Translations under genes and position numbers: made by a program
The notes under the pieces: generated by a model
What the model was told of the DNA's origin: nothing
Seen by the model: only the letters and a program-made list of their open reading frames with translations
Database searches by the model: none
From: Lingula anatina
Lineage: Eukaryota > Animalia > Brachiopoda
DNA length: 64,000 bases
NCBI GenBank assembly: GCA_051362555.1
Contig: CM120644.1
Span: 21,350,534-21,414,533, forward strand
Direction of reading: 5' to 3'
Shown here: positions 10,468-22,300 of the stretch, in pieces
How positions within the stretch are numbered: position 1 is the stretch's first letter
Layout of the letters: each line of letters begins with the position of its first letter

Positions 10468-13400
10468 ATGTGATGTTCTTTAAGATGTTCTTAGATTCAA
10501 ACCAACAAGACACCAAGTCTGATTTCCCAGCACCATACTTTATTCTCAAGTCTCCAGTATTCTCCCGAGATCACAACACTCACAACACTGATATTCTCTA
10601 ACACAATACTGAGCTACTGCACATTTACTACAAACATCATTGGTGAAATAGCTTATCTGTATGTTATGATCTATTAAGTACGTTCTGTTAATTATCTAAA
10701 GTTTGTTTGTCACAGCGACACTCCGAGCTTGGCCTTCGCCGACAATTTGCTGTTATTGTCCTTCTTGGAATCTTCTAACAAAAACATATTTTACGTACAA
10801 TAATGTAACATGATACGAAGTGAACACTTCATGTCGCATAGATAATTCAAAAATCGCCGGAACGACTGGCAAAACCAATGCACATTGTCATCTATTTCAT
10901 GTCTGCGTGTTACAATTACCTGTTATAGCCCTTTTTTCTTCTTGTCTGAAAGCATGCTGTTCTTCATAATATTCCAGTGACAACTTTATTTTTTGTTAAA
11001 CACAATATCAAAAAAGAACATTATGGTATACAGACCCATTTTTTAATACTTCCTGCAATATTTAACGTTAAAACATTTCACGAAATCAACCGTGTTTTGA
11101 AACTTACAACCAACATGGCGGACGGGAACGTAGCAACCGCGAGAATATACGGTAATGTGCGATAACTGCCTGTGCACGCTTCGTCACGCTAGCCTGACCA
11201 CACGCTGTCTAAGCTATCAAAACAGCTTAACTAGACAATAGGGGAATGTTTACCCGAAGGTATCATGGTTCAAAGGCGATTTGCCGCTTTCTTATCCTCT
11301 TTATTTTGGATCCTAGATTGAAGTTAATATGTACCAGAACGTAGAACAGGAAGGACCAACTGATGACAATGTGCCCATGAACAAGTAACTTTTTTACTTT
11401 TATTCAAAGTCCTTTTTACGTACATGTCCATATTGCTGAAATAAATTACCGAGTCAGACATAATGATTAATATGAACAAGCACTGTTTTTCATTATTCTA
11501 AGTATATGTTATAAGTGCTAAAAAAATTAAATGTAAAAAATAAATAAGTATAAAATAAATAAACAAATATTAAATTACAATTACCACACGGTCTGTTTTG
11601 TGGCTGTGGCATTTTTATCTTCATACATTCCTTGCTAAAATTTTCTTATGAACATTTGTTCCAGGTTATTTCGTTACATAGCTTATCGTTCCTTTACAAG
11701 GTAGATCCACCATAATTTAGGAAGGAAAAAGAGAATGGTTATTCCATCCTGTGTTGTATATAAAATAGAGGGACATTTCCATCCGAGGAGCACACAGGTT
11801 TTAAGTATGCAAGACCAGGATAACTTGGACATCTTTAAAGGCACCAGTTCATGACTGTACTCATGAGACATAGCTTTTTGAAGCGATTACACCAGGAGCC
11901 ATCCCTACCAAACAATTTTAGTGTTGATGGCCTCACAACTAACTTTTATTGCTCAGGGGGAGCAATGCTCACTTGTTTCTTGTATGATCCCAATTTTTGG
12001 ACTCTTCTGCCCAACTTTGATGTAGTTTTTTTGTCAGCTAGGAGAAAATGACATCAGGCCAGCAGTGACCTCACCAGCTTCCATTGTTTCTGCCGTCCTT
12101 CATACGATCCACAGTGGCACACTATCATTGATTACAATCCCAATATTCAGATTCATTTTATGGGATCAACACAATGTGTAATTATTAAATTGACATGGTT
12201 ATCATTTGTTTTCTGTTAAATTATTTATGTGTACCACAAACTTGTTTCCTCAGTTTACAGTTATTATTTCGCAATTCTTTGATCCTGGAGTCTTGAATTT
12301 TCCGACCTTTCTCTTTTATCTTACATGTTGTCACAGAATCACGTGACCCAGATCTGTTGCTTCATCTTTGCATATTGAGGTAAGGTTTACAAAAATAATT
12401 TTTTCTACTAATAGATAGTTTTTATACTTTTTAAAAGGTGGGTGTTAATGCAAACATATATATAGTGTATAGATTGAGTGCTGAATTTACAAAATTTGAA
12501 AAATAGATTTCAACATGACCAGAATCCTATAATGATATCGCCATTAAACAAAATTCAATTCATGCTCAATTAATTAATGCTAATTAAAATATGTGTTTTT
12601 GTTAGTAGGGTTACGCGAAAATGAAATTAATGTTATCTGCCATTAAATAGTTTAATATTTAAAATAAAATCAATCAATGATCTATTAAAGCTAATTAAAA
12701 TACGGGTAGAGATTGCACTTATAATTGATAACCTGTACCTCATTGGAGGCATATTTGAAACACCAGGCAAAGTAGCCTCTAATGTTATGTCAGATTTCCC
12801 AACATCTGCCAAGTTTTTGAATTTACAGCTAGCAGAAACTAAACAAGAGCTTGTCCAAGTAAATAGTTCATACAAGTAACAGACTGTTCTTTCCAGAAGA
12901 TCATCTGCTTATGCAAACAGTATTATAGAACAATATAGCTGGTCCCACAGAAAACTTAGATTCAAATGGGCAAATTCAACAAAAATGTTAAGAAACAATA
13001 AGATACTTGTAAAGAAGTACTAAGAAGTATTGTATATTTTAATAGAGATTACCATGAATTTATGCTGGTAGGTGTTCTCTTACTGGCCTCTTTGATATAT
13101 AAAAAACATCATTATCGACTTCAGATTTCCATGGTTACTTTACACTTTCAATTTATCTTCATAAATTACTAATATTTGTAAACAGTACTGAAATGAATAA
13201 GAGATAATTTGTCCTGCTTTCATAGATTGTGACAGTGGTGCATGCCAGACACAATGCAATCACAACCAGTCACAATCTCAGCACATGATAGATTTTTAAG
13301 GACATCCATCTATACTTAGCAGCAAGCTGGATAAAAACACCAAATTTTGCAGGTGTACATATATAGATACCTTTTGACATACTAAATCATACTAGTCTCC

Positions 13401-14369
13401 TACCTCTCTGGTTAATAACCCAATTTGGGCAAATAGTTCAAGGTAACCAATTTATGGCATTATATAAAAAATATACACATCTCAGATAATTCTCCATAAA
13501 GAAACTTACTTTTGGTGTCTTTGCAATGTCTACCCTATATACCTTTTAATGAATGTACCAGGTCACAAAGTTAAGGTTTGAAAGTCAATCGAAAGTCAGA
13601 TGTCAAAAGTCTATTTGACCCATATAAGACTGGACAGCAAAGCTGGTAAATATGCAAATACCACATAGCAAAAAAAGCACTGCAATAATATCTATTTTAA
13701 ATAATCAAATTTTGTCAGGATATTCAATAGTGTTGATTTTCAAATTGAACCTGCCCTAATAACAAATAGTCACTCAGCAAATTTAAAGTGAAAAATCAAA
13801 CATGAGCCGAGGTCTTAGAAAATACCTCTGAGCATTTGTCATGGGAAAAAAACTTAACCTATTTTTTTAAATTTTATAAGCTCCGAGGTCAGGTAAAAAA
13901 AGTGCAGAACTCCGTGGATCCCTGGAAACAGATCATGTCTGAAGACAATAAAGAAATCAGACCTTTCACATAAATAATCCAATCATACCAATTTTCGTTA
14001 TGAAGCTGGCTAATCAACACATAGCCAGGCAGCAAATTTTATGTAAAAACAAAAAGAGCTTTGCTCTCATGGGGCAAAAACTTAAACAAAAAGACATGAC
14101 ACTTGAAAAAAAAAGTAATCAAGAAGTTATGCAAAAATAATTCAATCATGCTGATTTTCCAAAGAAACCTCCTTTATTAACAAATACAGCCGGCCAGAAA
14201 ATTTGTAGTTAAATGGGAGCTTTTAATGTGACCTATTTTACTGCTGCAGTGTTTTTTCATGACAAGTGCATAATTTCAAATAAACATATCCTGCATGTAT
14301 ATATGAACATTACACAAATAATGTAAAAGTCAATTATCAGTGGATTTAAAAATCCACAATAAAAGCAAT

Positions 14370-15860
14370 CAAATAAAGCACGGCATGAATGTTTTTGACT
14401 CTCTGAATCCAGGCCAAATCCCAGTAACAGTAACCATTTTTGATCAGCCACTATTTAGTACAGTGAGTGCAATTATAGTAATTAATGAACAAAGTCTCAA
14501 GGTGAAGGGGTACATTTTAATACTTTGGGGGGGGGGGGGGGGGGGAGGTAAGACAGAAATTACAATCCAGAAGACCCTTGGTGTCATCTCTTAGAGGCCT
14601 GATACTGAACAGATCTCTTCTTTCTATGAAGGTCTCACATTGGCTCAGAACAAGTAGGTGATGCTTATCATCTTGCACTTAACCTTGTACAATATTTTGG
14701 ATCACTAGAGGTTCAAATGATAAAACTTCCATCTTCTCTTGGAGAAAAGGCTTGGGCTACATAAGAATCTGGCCAACACTCATGTTCTAGGATCAGATCA
14801 TGAAATATTGAAACCTTCATCTACTGTGTATCAGAGTCCATAAGGAGAAAGTATTTCCCTTTCATGTTGAAGCATTGGATCCAGCAGCACCTTTTCTTTG
14901 CCTTGGCCCATATTTACTAGGCCAGGTAGGTGTCTGTCCTTAAGTCTCTGCTGTGCAGGACTGAAAATGCTTCAAACTGGCTCATTTCTGAAACAGCCAA
15001 TTGTTTTCAGCCATCCCGTACAATCAGACCCATGAGCAGGAGAACAATATGGTAAAAAGAGAAGTACAGGCCAAGGTTTAGATTTGACTGAAAGCCCAGC
15101 ATTTTCAGATGGACAAGCTAGAAGCAACACCAGCAGTTTCTTTAGATAGTCTCTTCCATGGATGCATTGTGTCTATTCATATTGCTACCAAGAAGAATTC
15201 CTCAGCTCTCTTCAGAAAAGCCAACAGAAAGATCAATCCTGAGAAAAATTACAGACTTAAATTTGTACAGAATAACATGACTATATGGTCAATTATATAT
15301 CTCAATGCAAAACTTTGTAACTTCTAGGAAATTCCTGTCCTTTAGGTAGACCTATCATTCCCTCCCTCACTTTCAGATATTTGAAAGCCCTGAGCCATGT
15401 GAACAACCAGATCAACCACCAACACATGACTGTGAGGTGCTACATGGTGCAACCATTGTCCACAGTCTTCCTGCCTGTGTCAACACATTGGATGATTATG
15501 CTGGCAACATTTTCATACCTTATTTGGATAGGCAACTGAACATAATATGAAGTGTATAACACATCTTCCTGACTCCCTGAAAGAGTCCACAAGTGAGAAG
15601 AAAGCAAGATATGCCAAAAAGAAAGTGAAATGCCTCATCCCCCCCCCCAAAGATCTATAAGATAAAACAGAAACTGAATATTCTCTTTTGAAAGATCAAA
15701 GATGAAAGGTTGCAAATGGCCTAAATCCAAGTAGGTCTTTTTGACTTCAGTGCTGTCAAATCAGGTTACTGTTTTGTTGTGTTTGATTGCAATGTACAGT
15801 GAAAAGGCCAACAAGCCATGCCATGCTGAGCTGGATGTTCAGAGAGAATTCTTGCATTGA
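14370..15860 (+). pseudogene. Decayed Academ transposase (DDE core and XPG-like region)
   Basis: Fragments in different frames, in Academ order: IKHGMNV..LNPGQIPV..FDQPLF; FFALAHIY*AR; FSAIPYNQTHEQENNMVK..LTESP; VLHGATIVHSLP..TLDDYAGNIFIPYLDRQL; PDSLKEST; CHAELDV. Confidence 0.8.
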
Positions 15861-16008
15861 TCACCAAAGAGTTGCCATACAGGTGGGCAAGTTGGGCAAA
15901 GCAGCCATATTAATTTTTTTTTAATCTCAGAAACTTAATTATACAACAAAACACTCAATCAGCAGGGATCCTGAGCCACCTTAGGATCCAGAAAATCCTG
16001 GAATTCCA

Positions 16009-16059
<51 letters not shown>

Positions 16060-17113
16060 GTCAAATGGGTAAATTCTCCAAAGATCGAGCTATTATAACT
16101 TCATTTTGATTTAGTATGCCAAAAGATATTTGGTACAATATTTGGTGATTTTATCTGTTAAGGCTTGATTTGGAATTTCAAAAAATTTGCAATGTGCCTC
16201 CTCTGTCAGATTTTCATAATGAAAAGTTCAGACAAAGTCACCCTACTAATCGGATGGTAAGAATTAATCAGTACACATGTATACTTTTCAATAGTTAATC
16301 AATTGAAGAAAAAATGAAACGAAGCTCAGTATTTCTCTCCTTCATACAAAGATCTCCATAAACAGTCCCGAGGCGGTTAAATCGAGGGAAGTACACCTGT
16401 GCCCTGCATCCGATCTCCAGTGTCACTGCATTACTTGTTATTAGAATGTGGCAGTTTTACCTGGCTTTCCAGTGTGCAAAAGAAGCCATTCGTGTGTGAG
16501 ACGTCATCAATTAGTGAGTATGGAAGCAGATCGCTATCGATGTATAATTTTCACGCGGCATTTTAAAGTCATCTGATAAAAATCGATCTCTGAAGTTTCA
16601 GTGTAACTAACGTTACATGGGACACAATGAAGAAAAATACACCTTGTTAAGCAAGAAATGTGAAATTCTTAAGAAAACTGATATTAGCATAGACTTCATG
16701 ACACAAGCTAACCGACAGACTACTTTGGACGCATTGAAGAGTTTTAATATGGAAAGATAGGATTAAATGAAGTTTGCATTGGGCTGGGACACATCATGTA
16801 ACGTTAGTGAAGGTAATTTTGTGATCATTTTTTATTTAAATAACCTTTCGCACGTTCTGTTTCATATATTTTCTTGCAGTAGGCGTATTTCCTGCTTCAA
16901 TTATCCATTCAAACCCTAAACAAACTGTTCCTAAAAAGCGGTAGGGTCGGAATTCCACAGAAATAGATGCCATTTTGATGGTAATTTTGATATATTTTCT
17001 TTTTCTTTTTTTTCCCTTGCAATGCTCATGCAGCTTCTTTGGTGTCATGAGAATTTGGTTGACTATCTAAATTTAAATTACATTCTTTTTATGCCCCCCC
17101 CCCCCCCCCCAGG

Positions 17114-17400
17114 GCAGTGTTTCGTAAATGAACTTCCTCCATATCTTCCCTCTGAAAGTGTTCTTTTAATTGGTCTCGTTTGGACATAGCAAGCCCAACA
17201 ATATTAATAGATTTTTAAAACCTTTCATCAATGAAAGCTCACAACTAGGAGAAAATGCATTCAGTTTTCAAGGGGTTCAACGAATTTCCATTCATCCGTT
17301 GCACAGACAGCCCTGCACGGGCTTTGGTAAGGAACTGCAAACAATACAATGGACAACTCGGCTGTGACTTGTGTGTACAAAATTTGTTTGGTGCCTGAAA
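17114..17400 (+). pseudogene. CACTA/EnSpm-type transposase fragment
   Basis: QCFVNELPP..VLLIGL/FGHSKPNNINRFLKPFINE..L; CTDSPARALVRNCKQYNGQLGCDLCVQ, with frameshifts. Confidence 0.75.
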
Positions 17401-17574
17401 CATTGAATTGGAAGAAAAAAAATACATTGTCAACAATTATTCTTTATTTTTTTATGCATATGTTTGTTTAGGACTGATTGTATTCAACAAAGTATATGTA
17501 AAACCTTCTTTTGTACTTACATATATATTTTTGCACAACATACTATATTAGCCGATATTAATGTACGTATCACC

Positions 17575-18150
17575 TAAATGCATCAGTTATAAACTCTACA
17601 AAAGCGCTTTAAATCCTGAACGATACCTTTCACTGCCTTTAACCTACAAGCAAAGAAAAATACTTTCAAATTTTTGTTGCTCAAGTCATGAGCTCATGAT
17701 CGAAAGAGGCCGTTATACTAAAATCGACAGAGATCAAAGGTTTTGCCCTTTATGTCTCAGACTAGGCATTCACACAGTAGAAGACGAAATGCATTTTTTA
17801 CTTTTATGCCTCTCGTACGATGAATTCAGATTGAAATACTTTAGAACTGAATGGACATCCCGCTTTCCAAATAAATATTTGTTTACAACTATAATGTCTT
17901 ACGAGAACGAAGAGAGTATTTTCTCACTGGCTAGATTTTTATTGAACGCCTTTACTCTAAGAAGTAAAATAGTAGATAACAATGTTAACCTTCCAGATAT
18001 GTAAATGAAATACTTGTATATGTATGGTGTATTCATAATTTATTTCTGTATGTAAAGCCTTGATTGTATATGTCTTCTGTGTCTATACAGATTGTAATGT
18101 ATTGTTGGCCAGAGGCCTTAAACTACAAAGAATAAATAAATCATCATCAT
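17575..18150 (+). mobile_element. 5'-truncated non-LTR retrotransposon (RTE-X-like) 3' end
   Basis: ORF carries SSHELMIERGRY..RDQRFCPLC..VEDEMHFLLLC..Y..FR (C-terminal CCHC). 3' UTR ends in AATAAATAAA followed by (TCA)n. Confidence 0.8.
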
Positions 18151-18429
18151 TTTAAATTTACATATTTACAGTTAGGTGTATCAAGCAGACCCAGCAAGAA
18201 ATGTTGTGATAGATCCAGATGGTAGAGTCTGGGAGAAGCCAGCTGTGGACCTCCCAGCTCAGTCCAGTATCAGTAGAGAATAGACAAAATCTTTGGCCAG
18301 ACTACCCACTCTTTCCTACAAAGATTCAATACATGGACTAACTGGAGGAACTGCTGAAAAACTCAGGATGGCTGGCTATGTTTAAGGCAGGCAAGGTTAC
18401 ATCGAAACATCTACACACTTAAAAAAAAA

Positions 18430-19000
18430 TCATTAATTCTATTCTCATTTAGTGAATTCAAATATTCGATGCTTGGCATACCAAAACTTCCAGTGCTTCT
18501 AACTATCTGCAACCCTTTTTTGGGGAAAGGAGAGAGGAAAGCTTTTGATATATACATGAATTATGGCAATAGTGAATAGTACCTTTGGGCAGTCTTCGCA
18601 GTTGCAGAAAGAAAATCAAAAGTGATGGAACAATTTGTCTGCAATCTTTATAGCCAGAAGGAAGCTAGTAATGTCAATGAGGCCAGGTTCAACATATTTT
18701 GCCTCTTACCCAAGATGCTCTGATTTTGTATATTGAGAGATCAAGTTATCAAACAAAAATCCACAGATCTGATACCAAGCAGTGGATTGAAGCACCACAT
18801 CCCAATGAAAGTGGGTGAGAAATAAAAAACAATGAACTTGAAGTAAAGTTCATTGGATAGCAAAACACTTTAAGGGGCTAGGTCCTGTGCCATCCACATT
18901 AGTTGCAAGTGTAAAGCTTCTAAAATGTGATTCAAAAAGGTGTTCAGGTCATGGATATTAATTGTCATGTTTACTGATTATCTGCATTCACAGTGAAAAT
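18430..19000 (+). pseudogene. Academ transposase C-terminal fragment (XPG-like and Cys-rich tail)
   Basis: F.GKG..KAF; MEQFVCNLYSQKEASNVNEARFNIFCLLP; RSSYQTKI; SCKCKAS/CDSKRCS..LSC..TD. Confidence 0.7.
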
Positions 19001-19363
19001 TGTCTGGCCCTATGAATCTTTTAGCAAAAGTGCTTTTCTAGAAGTCTTTTCCCTTATCAGGTGAGGGACTATTGTTAGATATTTAAAAAAAGAATTTCCT
19101 ATTGACTTGTCAAACATTTTTACATTGTATTCTTGAAGAAATTAAGACATATTTTATTGACATTATATATATTTGAAGACAGAAATTTGGATATCTCTTA
19201 TACGGATTTAGTGGAGTAAATATGTAGCTTATATCATTTATATCATTTAATTTTAGTACTTATGTGATATATTTTGAGTTTTTATATTTATCTTATCTTT
19301 ATTGTTTATAGGCGATTGTGACAGAAGAAGTTTGGAAGAATGGAGATATCAAAAAGGTTTACT

Positions 19364-22300
19364 CAGCCATTCCACGAAAAAGGGTACAATTCTGAATAAT
19401 ACCTGTCGCAGCTTATTTTCAGTAGTAAAAGCATCTGCAATTTAGCTTTTTTAGCCTTTTTTAGCAGGACCCGATGTGTTCTACTTAAAAAACAACAATT
19501 GATATAGTACCACTTGCTTTGACGGGAACCCCGGGGGTCTATATGCCGCAAAAAGCACGATTTCGACGTGTCGCTTCGGTATTATAGCTGATTTGCCACA
19601 AGAAAAAGTTTATATTTTCCCGTATTTTAGTATTTTTAGTCCTCAACTAATTTGAATTCATGTTTCTTTTTATCATACATGGTGTTCTCTGTCGAATTTG
19701 TTGGTTAGTTACGTCACTGTCATAGTTTAATCAATGTCGCTCAGTAACCCCTAACCTCCGTAACGCTTTTTTAACTCAGTGTAAGAATAAAAGAAAATGC
19801 TCTTAAATGGCCTTCCTGTGCATTTTTCAAACTCTTAATACATGAAGTTTAATAAAACAGTGCTATTTGTTAATTTTGAATGATGCGTTCCATCATAGAG
19901 AATGTTAACTCACAAAAGTCGGGGTGTCGCATTTAAGAGCCTAACCTCAGTAACGGACCAAATTTGAAGAAAATGTTGTTTTAGAAAGTTAAAAACATCA
20001 TTTTTGTTAAGCAAGGACCAACTTCTTCCTAAAAAATTCATTCAATAGTTATGCAAAGTTATCCCGAGGATAAAAACTGAAAAAGAGTGCGTGTCACCTT
20101 GCATCCGTTATGCTAACCTCCGTTACCGAAATAAGTTAATTGTTATAAAAATGACTGTTAATACTTTAAAACGTTATTTCTGTGGTTTTGTGAGTTAGTT
20201 CTGATCATACATGTAGAAGTAGTTCTACTTCTATGTTCTGATGTAGTATGCATTCATACGGCTTGCTGTTAAAGACATTACCCCGTATTAATATAGATAT
20301 AAAATATACATATATAGCTGATAATTCTATCAAGATAAGCTAACCATTTAAGTTTTTACTCGAGTTTCCTATAAAATCGAGGGTAAATCGTGATTTTTTT
20401 TTTCAAATTGATTTCCATTTGTCACTTGACGATGCCTTTTTGAACTTATCATTCTGATTTTAAGCGAAATGAGGAGTTTTCAGGACTGTCTTGGCAAGAA
20501 AAATGGTACTAGCTGACATCAGTACTAGCGTACATGTAGCAGACATTATTTTCGCGGGAGACATATGGCGAAATATATTAAGCATTGAAGCAACGCTTGT
20601 ATTTATCAGGTAGAACTGCGGGGTTATTAGGCCCTATTTTACTGTTTCAGTAGCACATAATAGTTTTTAACATCTTCTAGATGCTTCCAGTAACTTTAAA
20701 TGGACAATTACCCGCAAACACGTGTCTATTGTCGGCCTACTTGATTGTATACATTAACTTTCTCGGGTATTGTGTTGTTTTTTACTGCCTATAGCTACGA
20801 TCATGTACATGTAGGTTTAATGTTTTGTTATTATGTAACGTTTGTCGTATCTGTAATACTACAAATTCCGAATTCAGCCTCTAAAGTCTACTTTAAGCTA
20901 AGAAATATCAAAACAAATATGATCGCTATTAATGACCTAACCTCCGTTACGAAATTACTCATTTTTCATTTGAACATTGGATATGTGTGTGCTCATTGAT
21001 CAATGCTCATATCATAATAGATTGATTGCACTTTGTTCATAAACAAATAGAATGATAAAAAAGAAAGTCTGTCCCCAATGATTAATAAAATATTTAAATT
21101 GGAATATCTCAGGCTTTGTATTTATAGAAAAAGAGCCACTTATTATCAATGTGTTTGCACCGCATTTTCTATAATTGAAGAGAAATCTTAAATGGGCAAT
21201 AACATTTTGAATACATACAAAATCTTAATAATTGAATCAAATATGGAGCCTGTGACCTTTGGCATGATTGAAATATAACCTAATTTAGATGTTACCTAAC
21301 CTCCGTAACGAAAAAAATACTGTACCATGTTTACACGTGCATATTTCTTTAAATACAGTATTGGTGTGGGTTACGGTAAAGTGCCATGAATTTCGAACGG
21401 CTCTTGAATTTCGAACGATCTTAAAATCGGCCGTCTGGAGTTTTTTCTGGACCATGAATTTCGGCCAGTAAGCAATTTTGCGCGATCTTGATTTCGTGAA
21501 TTTCGTACACCTTAAAATCGGCCACCGGGCTATTCACGCGCTTATAAAGATCTAACAGTCGGCAATGTTGCCCTAGCGTACCTTTACCTGAGTACTACGT
21601 GTGCGGCCCAAGGTGCAAGATTACGATCGGTACAGTTAGTTTAGGACGCTAAACAACATCGTCATATCCATTCATTCAGATAACAGGAGAATCTATTAAG
21701 AGTTGTACTGTCGGGCTGTTGTTTCTTTACCGCAGTATTCGGTGTGAGATAGCGATCGGTAGTTTTGCTGAGGCGCACAATAGCATTGTTAACAGTAGAG
21801 ACTTCAGTAACAGAACAAAAGAGCAATATTAAGAGCTGCAATAAAGATTACCATTAATGCTTTCTTGTCTCGCTCAGATCGTTCACGATCTCCCGCCGAC
21901 GATCTTCCGCTAATGAAGTCACTTGAAATGTACAAATGAAATGAAAAATATTTTAAAAATTATTAATTCCAATGGGGAGGGATGGAGGGTTAAAAACAAT
22001 CGAGAACGATCTCCGGCTGACGATCTTCCGCAAACGAAAGCCACTGAACGAGTATGAGCTTTCTCGTTTCACTCGGATTGCGACGCTGACGATACGAAAA
22101 TTGCGTTCTCGTCTCGCCCTTTGGCTTACGAAGTCTCTTTAACAAATATGAAAATTGCCTCCTGGTCTCTCTCGGATTGCGAACGATCTCTCGCTGAAAA
22201 TTTGAAATTTTCCTTTTTGTCAATCAGCTTTGTCAGTTGCCGTGCGTATGAATGTCTGGAAGGTGTCCCCTTTCACAAATTGGCCTGTAGTTTGCTTAGT

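Larger units (their letters stand above)
6011..10632 (-). mobile_element. Full-length Ty3/Gypsy LTR retrotransposon, Mag-like
   Basis: LTRs of about 165 bp at 6011-6175 and 10469-10632 (TG..CA, about 2 differences). PBS TGGCGACGAGGA follows the 5' LTR; PPT AAGAGGGAGAGA at 6176-6187. Imperfect TSD AGCAT/AACAT. Confidence 0.95.

Noticed and set aside
11680-13400. Coding-like patches with splice signals
   Set aside because: Many stops and no motif could be assigned with confidence; probably old transposon debris.
16011-16058. Long homopolymers (poly-T here and at 61405-61450, many poly-G/C runs)
   Set aside because: Low-complexity tracts; ORFs with poly-Pro/Gly/Lys arising from them are not credible.
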